From an uncultured Erysipelotrichaceae bacterium (GTDB taxonomy: Bacteria > Bacillota_I > Bacilli_A > RF39 > UBA660): a stretch of 64,000 bases of DNA. The notes below the pieces were generated by a model. That model was not told the origin of the DNA. It ran no database searches and saw only the letters and a list, made by a program, of their open reading frames with translations. Location of the stretch: the NCBI GenBank assembly GCA_902789425.1, contig CADANX010000001.1, forward strand, positions 80,206-144,205. The letters run 5' to 3'. Both the position numbers and the translations under genes were made by a program. This document shows, piece by piece, positions 13,712 through 24,858 of this stretch; position 1 is the stretch's first letter, and every line of letters begins with the position of its first letter.

Positions 13712-13815
13712 AAATACGCCTCCTATTTATAATTATTATAACATATATAGTAAAATTATTGTTAAAAAATATTAAAATAATTAAATTTGTTGTATAATGA
13801 AATTGGGTGAGTAAA

Positions 13816-15048
13816 ATGAGTAAAATTATAAATATTGTATCAAGAGAAATACTTGATTCCAGAGGTAATCCTACTATTGAAACTGATGTATATAGTGAAA
13901 ATGGATTTGGAAGAGCATCTGTTCCTAGCGGTGCATCTACAGGATCAAATGAAGCTCTTGAACTTAGAGATAATGATAAATCAAGATATAATGGCAAAGG
14001 TGTATTAAAAGCAGTAAATAATGTTAATAATATTATTAAAGAAAGATTAATTGGACTTGATGTTAGAAATCAAAAAGAGATTGATGAATTAATGATTAAT
14101 CTTGATGGAACAAATAATAAATCTTCTTTAGGTGCAAATGCTATATTATCTGTATCACTTGCTTGCATTAAATGTGCAGCTTCAGAAGAAAATAAAGAAT
14201 TATTTGAATATGTTGGTACAGGTATAACAATGCCATATCCTATGATGAATATATTAAATGGTGGAGCACATGCAAATAATAAATTAGATTTTCAAGAATT
14301 TATGATTATTCCACAGCAAAAAAATATTAATGATAGAATAAGAGTAGGAGCTGAAGTTTTCCACAGCTTAAAGTCTTTATTGAATGAAAAAGGATATTCT
14401 ACATCAGTAGGTGATGAAGGTGGATTTGCACCAGAAATAAATACTAATGAAGAGGCTTTAGATTTAATAATCGAAGCTATAACAAATGCTGGTTACAAAC
14501 CTAATGAAGATGTTAAATTAGGTCTTGATGTTGCTGCATCTGAATTTTATAATAAAGAAGAAAATAAATATGTTTTTTTATCAGGAGAAAAATATAGTAG
14601 AGATGAATTTATAAAATACTTTGAAAAGTTAATAAGTAAATATCCAATTATTTCTATTGAAGATCCTCTTGATGAAAGTGATTTTGAAGGATTTAGAATT
14701 TTAACTAGTAAAATAGGTGATAAAGTCCAAATAGTTGGTGATGATTTATTTGTTACTAATAAAGAATTACTTCAAAGAGGAATTAATATGAAAGCCGCTA
14801 ATGCAATATTAATTAAATTTAATCAAATTGGTACAGTAACAGAAGCGTTAGAAACTATAAAACTTGCAAAAGAAAATAATTATAAAACAATTATTTCTCA
14901 TCGTAGTGGCGAAACAGAAGATACTTTTATTTCTGATTTTGCAGTTGGTCTTGATTTAGGACAAATAAAAACAGGATCACTATCAAGAGTTGATAGAGTA
15001 TCTAAGTATAATCGATTAATTAGAATTAATGAAATGATAAAAGATTAA
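13816..15048 (+). CDS. eno: enolase (phosphopyruvate hydratase)
   Basis: '[13 protein letters not shown]', 'SHRSGETED' and 'IKFNQIGT' are present. The start is taken at the ATG at 13816; the ORF track begins at an upstream GTG at 13807. Confidence 0.93.
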   Translation: MSKIINIVSREILDSRGNPTIETDVYSENGFGRASVPSGASTGSNEALELRDNDKSRYNGKGVLKAVNNVNNIIKERLIGLDVRNQKEIDELMINLDGTNNKSSLGANAILSVSLACIKCAASEENKELFEYVGTGITMPYPMMNILNGGAHANNKLDFQEFMIIPQQKNINDRIRVGAEVFHSLKSLLNEKGYSTSVGDEGGFAPEINTNEEALDLIIEAITNAGYKPNEDVKLGLDVAASEFYNKEENKYVFLSGEKYSRDEFIKYFEKLISKYPIISIEDPLDESDFEGFRILTSKIGDKVQIVGDDLFVTNKELLQRGINMKAANAILIKFNQIGTVTEALETIKLAKENNYKTIISHRSGETEDTFISDFAVGLDLGQIKTGSLSRVDRVSKYNRLIRINEMIKD

Positions 15049-15091
15049 TATTTTTATCCATATAATCATACTATTTATAAAGGAGAATTAT

Positions 15092-16021
15092 ATGGATGGA
15101 TTAATCTTTTTATTTTTGGCTTTTTTAACAATTTTTTTTAGTATAAAATTATCTTATTATGGTGATCTTTTATCTAAACAATCTAGTTTTGGTTCTTTAT
15201 TTATAGGTGGATTATTAATCGCATCAATAACAAGTTTACCTGAATTTGTTACAAGTATTTCAGCAAGCATTTTAAATAATTCATCTTTGTCTTTAGGTGA
15301 TATTTTGGGAAGTAATTTCTTTAATGTATTTGTATTAGCTATTTATAATATTTATTTTTTTAAAAAATGTGTATTTAAAAACACCTCAAAAAAATATATT
15401 TTTGAAACTATAATTCTTATAATAGATTACTTTTTTATTTTTCTAGGAAGTAATAATATCCTTACTTTTTTAACGAGTTTTGTTCTAATAATAAATTATT
15501 TATTTTATATTATTTCATTATTTAATAATTCGTCTGAAGATGAAAGAAGTACTACTGATGAAAAACATGTTATTTTAAAATTTTTTATAACAGCTGTATT
15601 TATGATAATAGTAAGTATATTTTTAACGGTCGAAGCAGATAAAATAACAAGGTTATATCCAAGTTTTTCATCAAGTACTATTGGTGCAATACTTTTAGGT
15701 ATAACAACATCTCTTCCCGAAGTAGTAACTACATTTTCATTACTTCAAATTAATAATTATAATATGGCAATATCTAATATGCTTGGAAGTAATATATTTA
15801 ATTTTTTAATTCTATCTATATCAGATTTTTTCTATAAAGGAGAATACATTTATTATCCAATTGATAAGAATTCTAGTATATATATTTTTGGCGGACTTAT
15901 ATCTTTAATACTTTTTTTAATTACATTATTATTTAAGAATAAAAGTAATTTATTTTATATATTTTTTTCGGTTATTATTTGCTTTTTATACTTATATATC
16001 TGGTATTTACAATTTATATAA
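15092..16021 (+). CDS. sodium/calcium exchanger (CaCA, YrbG-like) membrane protein
   Basis: Polytopic membrane protein with two alpha-repeat signatures: 'ITSLPEFVTS...GDILGSNFFNV' and 'TTSLPEVVTT...SNMLGSNIFNF'. Confidence 0.7.
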   Translation: MDGLIFLFLAFLTIFFSIKLSYYGDLLSKQSSFGSLFIGGLLIASITSLPEFVTSISASILNNSSLSLGDILGSNFFNVFVLAIYNIYFFKKCVFKNTSKKYIFETIILIIDYFFIFLGSNNILTFLTSFVLIINYLFYIISLFNNSSEDERSTTDEKHVILKFFITAVFMIIVSIFLTVEADKITRLYPSFSSSTIGAILLGITTSLPEVVTTFSLLQINNYNMAISNMLGSNIFNFLILSISDFFYKGEYIYYPIDKNSSIYIFGGLISLILFLITLLFKNKSNLFYIFFSVIICFLYLYIWYLQFI

Positions 16022-16061
16022 TAAGTAATATAATATATGCTTAGAAAAAGAGGGGATTTTC

Positions 16062-16520
16062 GTGAAAAAGAATAATTATGAAGAAATAATTAATTCAATA
16101 ATTTATGTACCTAATATTGTCATATTAATAAGAGAAGATGGTTCTCAAATCTTAGATATGGCAAATGATAGCCATGTTCTATCAATGAAGAGAATAATAG
16201 AAGAAAACTATTCGGATTTATTTCAAGTTATAGTAGATAATCCTGATTTAGAAGATTTTATGACATTAGTAAAAGAGATGACAAAGAGAAAAGCAGCTTT
16301 AATTTGTAAACATGTAGATGTATATGGAGTTTTTTTACCAGAAAAGGTTACCAAGAAGCAATTAAATGAGATAAAAAAAGATTTATTATATATGAAATAC
16401 AGAGATTTAATCTATTCTGGTATTTATAGTGATGATATTAAAGATATGGAAGCATTACATTATGGCAAACTTATGAGTAAAAGAATTTTTTTGTATGAAA
16501 TAAAGAATAAAAAAAATTAA
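16062..16520 (+). CDS. hypothetical protein
   Basis: 152-aa ORF with a GTG start behind the RBS agagggga. No family recognised. Confidence 0.35.
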   Translation: MKKNNYEEIINSIIYVPNIVILIREDGSQILDMANDSHVLSMKRIIEENYSDLFQVIVDNPDLEDFMTLVKEMTKRKAALICKHVDVYGVFLPEKVTKKQLNEIKKDLLYMKYRDLIYSGIYSDDIKDMEALHYGKLMSKRIFLYEIKNKKN

Positions 16521-16585
16521 ATATTATAATTATTTATTTTTTAAGTATTTTATGGTAAAATAATTATATTGATTGGAGGCATATT

Positions 16586-16798
16586 ATGGAAACAGCATTA
16601 ATAATCATATCAGTTTTATTAATAACAGTAGTATTATTACAAAGTAGTAAAGCAGAATCTGCAACAAATGTTATGATGGGTGCAAGTTCTGAATTATTTG
16701 CTCAAAGAAAAGAAAGAGGTTCAGAACTATTCTTAAGTAGATTAACATTAGTATTAGGAATATTATTTTTTGTAATAAGTATTTTTTTATCTATGTAG
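16586..16798 (+). CDS. secG: preprotein translocase subunit SecG
   Basis: 70 aa with two TM segments and 'VVLLQSSKAE'. It has the conserved secG-rnr-smpB-ssrA neighbourhood. Confidence 0.75.
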   Translation: METALIIISVLLITVVLLQSSKAESATNVMMGASSELFAQRKERGSELFLSRLTLVLGILFFVISIFLSM

Positions 16799-16821
16799 GT
16801 CTTTTAATTAAGACCTTTTTA
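16797..16821 (+). terminator. terminator/attenuator hairpin after secG
   Basis: A 7-bp stem pairs aggtctt with aagacct around a 6-nt loop, followed by a T-run. Confidence 0.6.
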
Positions 16822-16849
16822 TTTTATAATTAAACTAGGAGGAATCAAT

Positions 16850-18976
16850 ATGAAAGATGTTATATTAGAATTATTAAGTAAACAAGATAAAGCTCTTTCA
16901 TCAATAGAAATAGCTGAGAAATTAAATTTAACAGAAGTCGAAAGTTATAAACAATTATTAGCTGTTTTAAAGAATATGGAAGACGAATATACAATTTATA
17001 GATCTAATAAAGAAAAATATATGTTATTTGATAAGTCTCATCTAAAAAAAGGTAGACTTATTGTTAATAAAAAAGGGTTTGGATTTGTAAATATTGATGG
17101 TGAAGAAGATGATATTTATATTGATTCAAAAAATATGAAAAATGCACTTAATAATGACCTTGTAGTAGTAGAACCAATAAAAGGTAAAGGTAATAAAGAA
17201 GAAGGTAGAATTGTTAAGGTATTAAAACAAGAAAATAATCTTATAATTGGTGAATATAGCGTAGTTGATAATCACCCTAATTTTACACCTGATGATAATA
17301 AACTATTTATGAAAATTATACTTGATAAAGAACAAACAAAAGATTTAGTTGAAGGATATAAAATAGAAGTTAGTATAACTAAAGATTTAGGTAATCATAC
17401 ATATAAAGGTGATGTAGTTAGAGTAATTGGTCATAAAGATGATCCTGGTGTTGATATATTATCTATAGTATATAGTTATGGAATTAATGATAGATTTCCA
17501 GATGAAGTTATAAAAGAATTAGATGATATTCCAACTGAAGTTTCTTTAGAAGAAACAATAGGTAGAGTTGATTTAAGAGATAAAATGATATATACAATAG
17601 ATGGAGCTGATACTAAAGATATAGATGATGCTGTTTCTTTAGAAAGAAAAGGTGATAATTATTTACTTGGGGTACATATTGCTGATGTTTCATATTATGT
17701 AAAAGAGGGGACAGCTCTTTATGAAGAAGCAAAAGAAAGGGCAACTAGTGTATATTTAGTAGATAGAGTTATTCCAATGATACCACATAAATTAAGTAAT
17801 GGAATTTGTTCTTTAAATGAAAAAGTTGATAGATTAGCAGTTAGTTGTATTATGGAAATTGATAGCAATGGTAAAGTAGTTAGTCATGATATTTTTGAAA
17901 GTGTTATTAATTCAAAAAAGAAAATGACTTATTCAGCAGTTAATAAAATATTAAAAGATGAAGAAGTAGAAGAAGGATATGAAGAGTTTGCAGATACTTT
18001 AAAAGAAATGAATAATCTTGCTCATATTTTAAGAAAAGCAAAAGAAAAAAGAGGTTACTTAGATTTTGACTCATCCGAAGCAAAAATATTAGTAGATGAA
18101 AATGGTAAACCATATGATATTGTTCCTAGAGTTCAAGATGAAGCAGAAAACTTAATTGAGGACTTTATGATTGTGGCAAATGAAACAGTAGCTGAACATA
18201 TTTTTTATATGAACTATCCATTTGTATATAGAATTCACGAAGTACCTGAAGATGATAAGATAAAAGAATTTTTAAGTAATATAAGTTTACTTGGATATAA
18301 TGTAAAAGGTTCAAGACACTATGAAGATCCTAGAACTTTAAAAAGTATATTGGAACAGTTAAAAGAGACAGAAGAATACTCAGTTTTCTCAAATATGCTT
18401 TTGAGATGCATGAAAAAAGCTGTATATAAAGAAGAAAACTTAGGTCACTACGGACTTGGATCTAAATGTTATACACATTTTACTTCACCAATAAGAAGAT
18501 TTCCTGATACAACAGTTCACAATTTACTTAGAAAATATATTTTTAATAAACCAAGTGAAAAAGAATTAAATAAATTAATTGATTATTGGAAAGACAATCT
18601 TCCAGCTTTATGTATGCATGTTTCAGAAAAAGAAAGAGATGCAATCGATTGTGAAAGAGATGTTGATTCAATGAAGATGGCTGAATATATGGAAAGCCAT
18701 ATAGGTGAAGAATTTGATGGAATAATTGATACAATTACTAGTTTTGGAATGTTTGTAGAACTTCCTAACTTAGTAGAGGGACTTGTTCATATATCTGAAA
18801 TAAAAGGAGATTATTACGTATTTAATGAAGTTAATAAAACTTTGAAAGGTCAACATCATAAAAAGGAATATAGAGTAGGACAAAAAGTAAGAGTAATAGT
18901 AACTGGTGCATCAAAAATAAATAGTACAATAGATTTTAATTTAGTAGAGGGTAATGAAAATGGAAATAATAAATAG
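16850..18976 (+). CDS. rnr: ribonuclease R
   Basis: 708 aa. It has cold-shock/OB N-terminal domains, an RNB catalytic domain ('IDGADTKDIDDAVS', 'HYGLGSKCYTHFTSPIRRFPD'), and a C-terminal S1 domain. Confidence 0.93.
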   Translation: MKDVILELLSKQDKALSSIEIAEKLNLTEVESYKQLLAVLKNMEDEYTIYRSNKEKYMLFDKSHLKKGRLIVNKKGFGFVNIDGEEDDIYIDSKNMKNALNNDLVVVEPIKGKGNKEEGRIVKVLKQENNLIIGEYSVVDNHPNFTPDDNKLFMKIILDKEQTKDLVEGYKIEVSITKDLGNHTYKGDVVRVIGHKDDPGVDILSIVYSYGINDRFPDEVIKELDDIPTEVSLEETIGRVDLRDKMIYTIDGADTKDIDDAVSLERKGDNYLLGVHIADVSYYVKEGTALYEEAKERATSVYLVDRVIPMIPHKLSNGICSLNEKVDRLAVSCIMEIDSNGKVVSHDIFESVINSKKKMTYSAVNKILKDEEVEEGYEEFADTLKEMNNLAHILRKAKEKRGYLDFDSSEAKILVDENGKPYDIVPRVQDEAENLIEDFMIVANETVAEHIFYMNYPFVYRIHEVPEDDKIKEFLSNISLLGYNVKGSRHYEDPRTLKSILEQLKETEEYSVFSNMLLRCMKKAVYKEENLGHYGLGSKCYTHFTSPIRRFPDTTVHNLLRKYIFNKPSEKELNKLIDYWKDNLPALCMHVSEKERDAIDCERDVDSMKMAEYMESHIGEEFDGIIDTITSFGMFVELPNLVEGLVHISEIKGDYYVFNEVNKTLKGQHHKKEYRVGQKVRVIVTGASKINSTIDFNLVEGNENGNNK

Positions 18977-19400
18977 AAAAGCAAAATTTGAATACGAAAT
19001 ACATGAAAAATATGAAGCGGGTATTGTATTAACAGGTACTGAAATAAAATCGATTAGAAATGGTAATGCACTTATAAAAGATAGTTATGTAGTAATTAAA
19101 AATAATGAAGTTTTTATCATTAATATGTTTATTTCTCCGTATAAAGAAGGTAATATTTTTAATCCATCAGAGACTAGAACAAGAAAACTTTTATTAAATA
19201 AAAAAGAAATACTTAAAATAAATGAAAAAATGAAAGTAAAAGGATTTACGATTGTACCTTTAAAATTATATTTTAAAAATGGACTTGCTAAAATAGAAAT
19301 AGGTGTAGCTAAAGGTAAACATACTTATGATAAAAAAGAGTCAATTAAACAAAGAGATATAAAAAGAGAAACTGATAAAGAACTTAAAAATAAATACTAA
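18954..19400 (+). CDS. smpB: SsrA-binding protein SmpB
   Basis: 'NRKAKFEYEI...EAGIVLTGTEIKSIR...TRTRKLLLNKKEI'. It overlaps the rnr end and lies next to ssrA. Confidence 0.93.
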   Translation: MKMEIINRKAKFEYEIHEKYEAGIVLTGTEIKSIRNGNALIKDSYVVIKNNEVFIINMFISPYKEGNIFNPSETRTRKLLLNKKEILKINEKMKVKGFTIVPLKLYFKNGLAKIEIGVAKGKHTYDKKESIKQRDIKRETDKELKNKY

Positions 19401-19430
19401 AAAAAGAACTATAATTTTAGTTCTTTTTTA
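19399..19430. terminator. bidirectional terminator between smpB and the convergent kinase-like gene
   Basis: An 8-bp stem pairs aagaacta (19404-19411) with tagttctt (19418-19425). An A-run lies upstream and a T-run downstream. Confidence 0.55.
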
Positions 19431-20263
19431 ATATCTTTAATACCATTAAAACTTCCATTAGCAAGTTTATTAGCAAGATCATTATTTATTCCCATATTAA
19501 TTAATTCATATTCGATTTCATCTATTTCCTTTATTTCTGGATTTATTTTAAATAAAAACTCACATAATAATATGGATAAACTTTCTATAGATTTATGATA
19601 TAGTGCATTATTGTAAGTTTCAGTATATATAGTTGATTTACCATCAAGATCAATTATGTTTGTTTTTAAATTAAAAGGTTCAACTAAAATATGTGAATGA
19701 CCATTTATAAACTTTTCATTACCATTTTCAATAATTTTATTTTGTACATATGGACTATTATTTAAATCAATATGATATACATTATTATTTAATAATTCTT
19801 GAATACAACTTAATAGGTTTTTTATTATTTTAAGTTTGTATACCATAGGCATTCCTGTTAGCTTATGTATTTGAATACCATTAGATTTTTTTATTTGGCA
19901 ACCTGCAAATTTATTATTAAGATAAACTATTCCACAGGGTAAATTAGTTTTTTTAATCATTATTTGCTTCTCAATTGCTCTTTCTATTGCGTCATTAGTT
20001 CGAATTTTTATTTCTTCATTAAATTCATTCATAATATAATTAATTCTAGCAATATCGTTTTTAATAACTAATTGATTTTTAGAAAAAATTTTATCTTCAC
20101 TATCTAATATTTTTTTTAATTCTTGTTCATTATATAAATGTTCTAAATATATTTTTATTAATAAATCATTATTATATTTAAATACTTTTCCGTCGGTTCC
20201 TTGACCAATAGTTTTAAAATTGTTTAAATCTTTGTCTGTTATGTATATTTTTTTTGTGTTCAT
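19409..20263 (-). CDS. atypical protein-kinase-like fold protein
   Basis: It has a Gly-rich loop 'GQGTDGKVF', a Lys in 'LLIKIY', a catalytic-loop-like 'VYHIDLNNSP', and a DFG-like 'IIDLDG'. No other domain is recognised. Confidence 0.4.
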   Translation of the reverse strand: MNTKKIYITDKDLNNFKTIGQGTDGKVFKYNNDLLIKIYLEHLYNEQELKKILDSEDKIFSKNQLVIKNDIARINYIMNEFNEEIKIRTNDAIERAIEKQIMIKKTNLPCGIVYLNNKFAGCQIKKSNGIQIHKLTGMPMVYKLKIIKNLLSCIQELLNNNVYHIDLNNSPYVQNKIIENGNEKFINGHSHILVEPFNLKTNIIDLDGKSTIYTETYNNALYHKSIESLSILLCEFLFKINPEIKEIDEIEYELINMGINNDLANKLANGSFNGIKDIKKELKL

Positions 20264-20331
20264 CTTATCCTCTTTAAGCTAAACTATTGTATCATTATAG
20301 AATATAATTGTCAAAGACTATTAGTAATTTT

Positions 20332-20360
20332 TTGACTTTTTGTCATTATTATACTATAAT
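20332..20360 (+). promoter_or_regulatory. ssrA promoter
   Basis: TTGACT (20332-20337), a 17-nt spacer, then TATAAT (20355-20360). This lies 9 nt upstream of the tmRNA 5' end. Confidence 0.55.
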
Positions 20361-20369
20361 TTACTACAC

Positions 20370-20747
20370 GGGGCTGTATTTGGTTTCGACAGGAATATTG
20401 AATACTAAGCTGCAAGTCGGAGGAACACGTTACGAACGAAGAAAAATAAATGCAAACAATTTTAAAAACACACTTGCTTCACTATTCAGAGTTAATAGTG
20501 CAGCCTTAGCTTAATTAATAAAAGAGGTGTACTTTCTATTATCTTTTCCTACGTAGATTTTAGAAGGTTCGATTTTAGTAGGATATGTTATTATTTAGCT
20601 TAGAAGTAATAATGAATATTTATAAGCTTACTAATTTATTTGTTGTTAGTTACTTATTAAATTAGGACATACTATAACTAACTAAACTTGTAGATGCTTT
20701 TTTGGATATATTTTTGGACAGGAGTTCGATTCTCCTCAGCTCCACCA
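20370..20747 (+). ncRNA. ssrA: transfer-messenger RNA (tmRNA, SsrA)
   Basis: The 5' end 'GGGGCTGTATTTGGTTTCGACAGG' and the 3' tRNA-like end 'GGACAGGAGTTCGATTCTCCTCAGCTCCACCA' are both present. The internal tag ORF runs from resume codon GCA at 20452 to TAA at 20512-20514 and encodes ANNFKNTLASLFRVNSAALA. Confidence 0.9.
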
Positions 20748-20789
20748 TAGAGGAATCTGGTTGGACATGTGTTCAACTTTTAAATAAAT

Positions 20790-20819
20790 ATCAATTCTAG
20801 AAATGGAATTGATTTTTTT
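20790..20819 (+). terminator. ssrA terminator
   Basis: A perfect 8-bp stem pairs atcaattc (20790-20797) with gaattgat (20806-20813), followed by T6. Confidence 0.7.
20802..20813. repeat. 12-nt inverted-repeat arm (left), embedded in the ssrA terminator
   Basis: 'aatggaattgat' is the exact reverse complement of 21125-21136. Confidence 0.6.
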
Positions 20820-20843
20820 GTTTATTGAGAAAGGGGTGAATTT

Positions 20844-21116
20844 ATGGTAAAAGTAATAACACAAGAAATTGAGATTGAAGAATCTTTAAAGAAAAGAATC
20901 GAATTTATATGTAGTTTTTGTAATACTTCACCTGTAATAGAAAATGGTAGTTTAAGAACAATAGAAAGAACTAATCTAGCATATGTAGAGCCACATAGAA
21001 TAATTATAAAAGGAATTAACTTTCTAGCTTTCAACTATGAAACAAGTATATATATAGAAAGTTTAGAAAATAAAATTTCAATAAAAGATTTAGAATCTTA
21101 TATAAAAAGTATTTAA
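20844..21116 (+). CDS. hypothetical protein (90 aa) bracketed by 12-nt inverted repeats
   Basis: RBS aaagggg lies upstream of the ATG at 20844. No family recognised. Confidence 0.4.
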   Translation: MVKVITQEIEIEESLKKRIEFICSFCNTSPVIENGSLRTIERTNLAYVEPHRIIIKGINFLAFNYETSIYIESLENKISIKDLESYIKSI

Positions 21117-21124
21117 TCGACTTT

Positions 21125-21136
21125 ATCAATTCCATT
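21125..21136. repeat. 12-nt inverted-repeat arm (right)
   Basis: 'atcaattccatt' is the exact reverse complement of 20802-20813. Confidence 0.6.
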
Positions 21137-21289
21137 CAAATTATACGAAAGTATTGACTTTTGATAACTAAATGATTAATATATATAACCAATAAATGAC
21201 AAGCAGTATCCGTCTTTATTAGAAAGAGAGGTACACCTATGGTCAAATACAGAATGGAATTTATTAAAAATTATATATTGAATAATTAT

Positions 21290-23244
<1,955 letters not shown>

Positions 23245-23383
23245 TATAAGAAAATGTTTTATATAAAATATTTTCTATAATCATTTATTAATTTATATAG
23301 TATATAAATTTAAATGATTTATAAATTATCGTGGTTCGTTTTGTTCTGCAAAGAATGAAAGAAGCGATAGATAATTTCGGTTT

Positions 23384-23436
23384 CTAAGGTATGACCTTAG
23401 CTTCCATATCTTGTTCATGACAAGATATATAGGAAG
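23384..23436 (+). other. candidate oriT: two adjacent hairpins upstream of the relaxase gene
   Basis: IR-a: ctaagg (23384-23389), a 5-nt loop, ccttag (23395-23400). IR-b: atatcttgt (23406-23414), loop tcatg, acaagatat (23420-23428), extendable by cttcc/ggaag with a bulge. Confidence 0.4.
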
Positions 23437-23498
23437 TTATGAATTATGTCTTTATCGATTTTATCGCTAAAAAACAAATTCTTATTTAGGGGGAATAT

Positions 23499-24782
23499 AT
23501 GGAAGAACTATCTTATTCATTTCATTTAAGTAATGATAAAAATAAAACTATTAAAGCAAAACAAGAAGCATTAAATTCACCATCAGGAACTACTTCAAAG
23601 AATAATAATGCTATACAGAATATAAAACATTTAGGAAAAGTAAATCATCATAATTTAAGACAATATGATAATAAAACAGAACTTATTACTACTATTAAAG
23701 GCAGTAATGATATTATTAAAGATGTTAAAGATTTATATTTAGATTTATTTAATGAAGCAAGAATTAATTATAATAATAAACAAGTTAGAGATGATAGAAA
23801 AATAGAAGATTATTTTTATAAAATATCAAATGATGATAAACATGATCTTGCATGTGAAATAATTATTGAAATTGGTAATATGGCTTATTGGGAAGATAAA
23901 TCATCAGAAGAAAAATATAAAATGACAGAAGTATTTGAAAATCAATTAAATGATTTAAAAGAAATAGTTCCAGATTTTTATATAGCAAATGCTACCATAC
24001 ACTTTGATGAAAATTCTCCACATATGCATATAGTTGGAGTTCCAGTAAAAGAAAATTGTAAAACTGGTATGGAAAGACAAGTTGGTAAAACTTCAATTTT
24101 TACAAAAGAATCATTAGTAGTTATCCAAGATAAAATGAGAAGTAAATGTATTGAAGAATTTAATCTAGTATATTCAAAAGATAATAAATTAAAGAAAAAA
24201 GAAAAAGGTAAAAATAGAGATTATTCTGCATATGAAAGATTAAAATTTAATGAGAAAGCCGAAAAGTTAAAACAAGAGTTAAACGAATTAAGAGAAGATG
24301 TTTCTGAATTAAAAGATAATAAACAAAAAATAAATAATGAAATTATTGATTTGAATAATGATAAAGAAGATATAAAAAAAGAAATTGATAAGAAGAAAAA
24401 AGCTAATAATAAAATTGTTCTTAAATCTAAAAATAAAATGAAGGATCAAATAGATAAACTAACTGAAGAGAATAATCATTTAAAATGGGAAAACAAATAT
24501 ATTAAAGAAAAATATAACGAATTAGAAGAAAAAACAAACTATTTAATTTTTCATCTAAAAAAAGTGTTAAAAAAACTTCCTGAATTTATACAAAAGATAG
24601 TTGATAAAATGTTTGACAAAAATTATAGTTTATTTTCATTTAAACATGATTATGATCCAGAAGAGTTTGACAAAAGAGAAAAATTAAGACAAAAAGAACA
24701 AGAAAGAAAACAACAATATTCGTATGACTATTATGATGAAGAAGAATTAGAAAAGGATAATGATGATGTTATGGAAATATAA
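23499..24782 (+). CDS. Mob_Pre / MOBV-family mobilization relaxase with long C-terminal coiled coil
   Basis: The signature 'HFDENSPHMHIVGVPV' fits the HxDExxPHxH metal-binding motif of pMV158 MobM-type relaxases. The C-terminal half is Lys/Glu/Asn-rich and helical. Confidence 0.8.
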   Translation: MEELSYSFHLSNDKNKTIKAKQEALNSPSGTTSKNNNAIQNIKHLGKVNHHNLRQYDNKTELITTIKGSNDIIKDVKDLYLDLFNEARINYNNKQVRDDRKIEDYFYKISNDDKHDLACEIIIEIGNMAYWEDKSSEEKYKMTEVFENQLNDLKEIVPDFYIANATIHFDENSPHMHIVGVPVKENCKTGMERQVGKTSIFTKESLVVIQDKMRSKCIEEFNLVYSKDNKLKKKEKGKNRDYSAYERLKFNEKAEKLKQELNELREDVSELKDNKQKINNEIIDLNNDKEDIKKEIDKKKKANNKIVLKSKNKMKDQIDKLTEENNHLKWENKYIKEKYNELEEKTNYLIFHLKKVLKKLPEFIQKIVDKMFDKNYSLFSFKHDYDPEEFDKREKLRQKEQERKQQYSYDYYDEEELEKDNDDVMEI

Positions 24783-24805
24783 ATATATTTGTATAGTTAG
24801 TAAAA

Positions 24806-24834
24806 TTGACACTATAAAAAAAATAATATATAAT
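24806..24834 (+). promoter_or_regulatory. perfect-consensus sigma-A promoter of the cargo operon
   Basis: TTGACA (24806-24811), exactly 17 nt, then TATAAT (24829-24834). The RBS aaggggga lies before the ATG at 24859. Confidence 0.6.
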
Positions 24835-24858
24835 ATCAAATAAATTAAGGGGGATTAT

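Noticed and set aside
13689-13997. A 102-aa minus-strand ORF spans the femAB-eno intergenic region and the eno 5' end.
   Set aside because: It overlaps the well-supported enolase start and the divergent promoter region. It has no RBS, and its translation is repetitive and low-complexity.
20308-20514. A 68-aa + strand ORF covers the ssrA promoter and the tmRNA 5' half.
   Set aside because: It is an artefact of the tmRNA gene. Only its last 20 codons (20452-20511) are meaningful, as the trans-translation tag.
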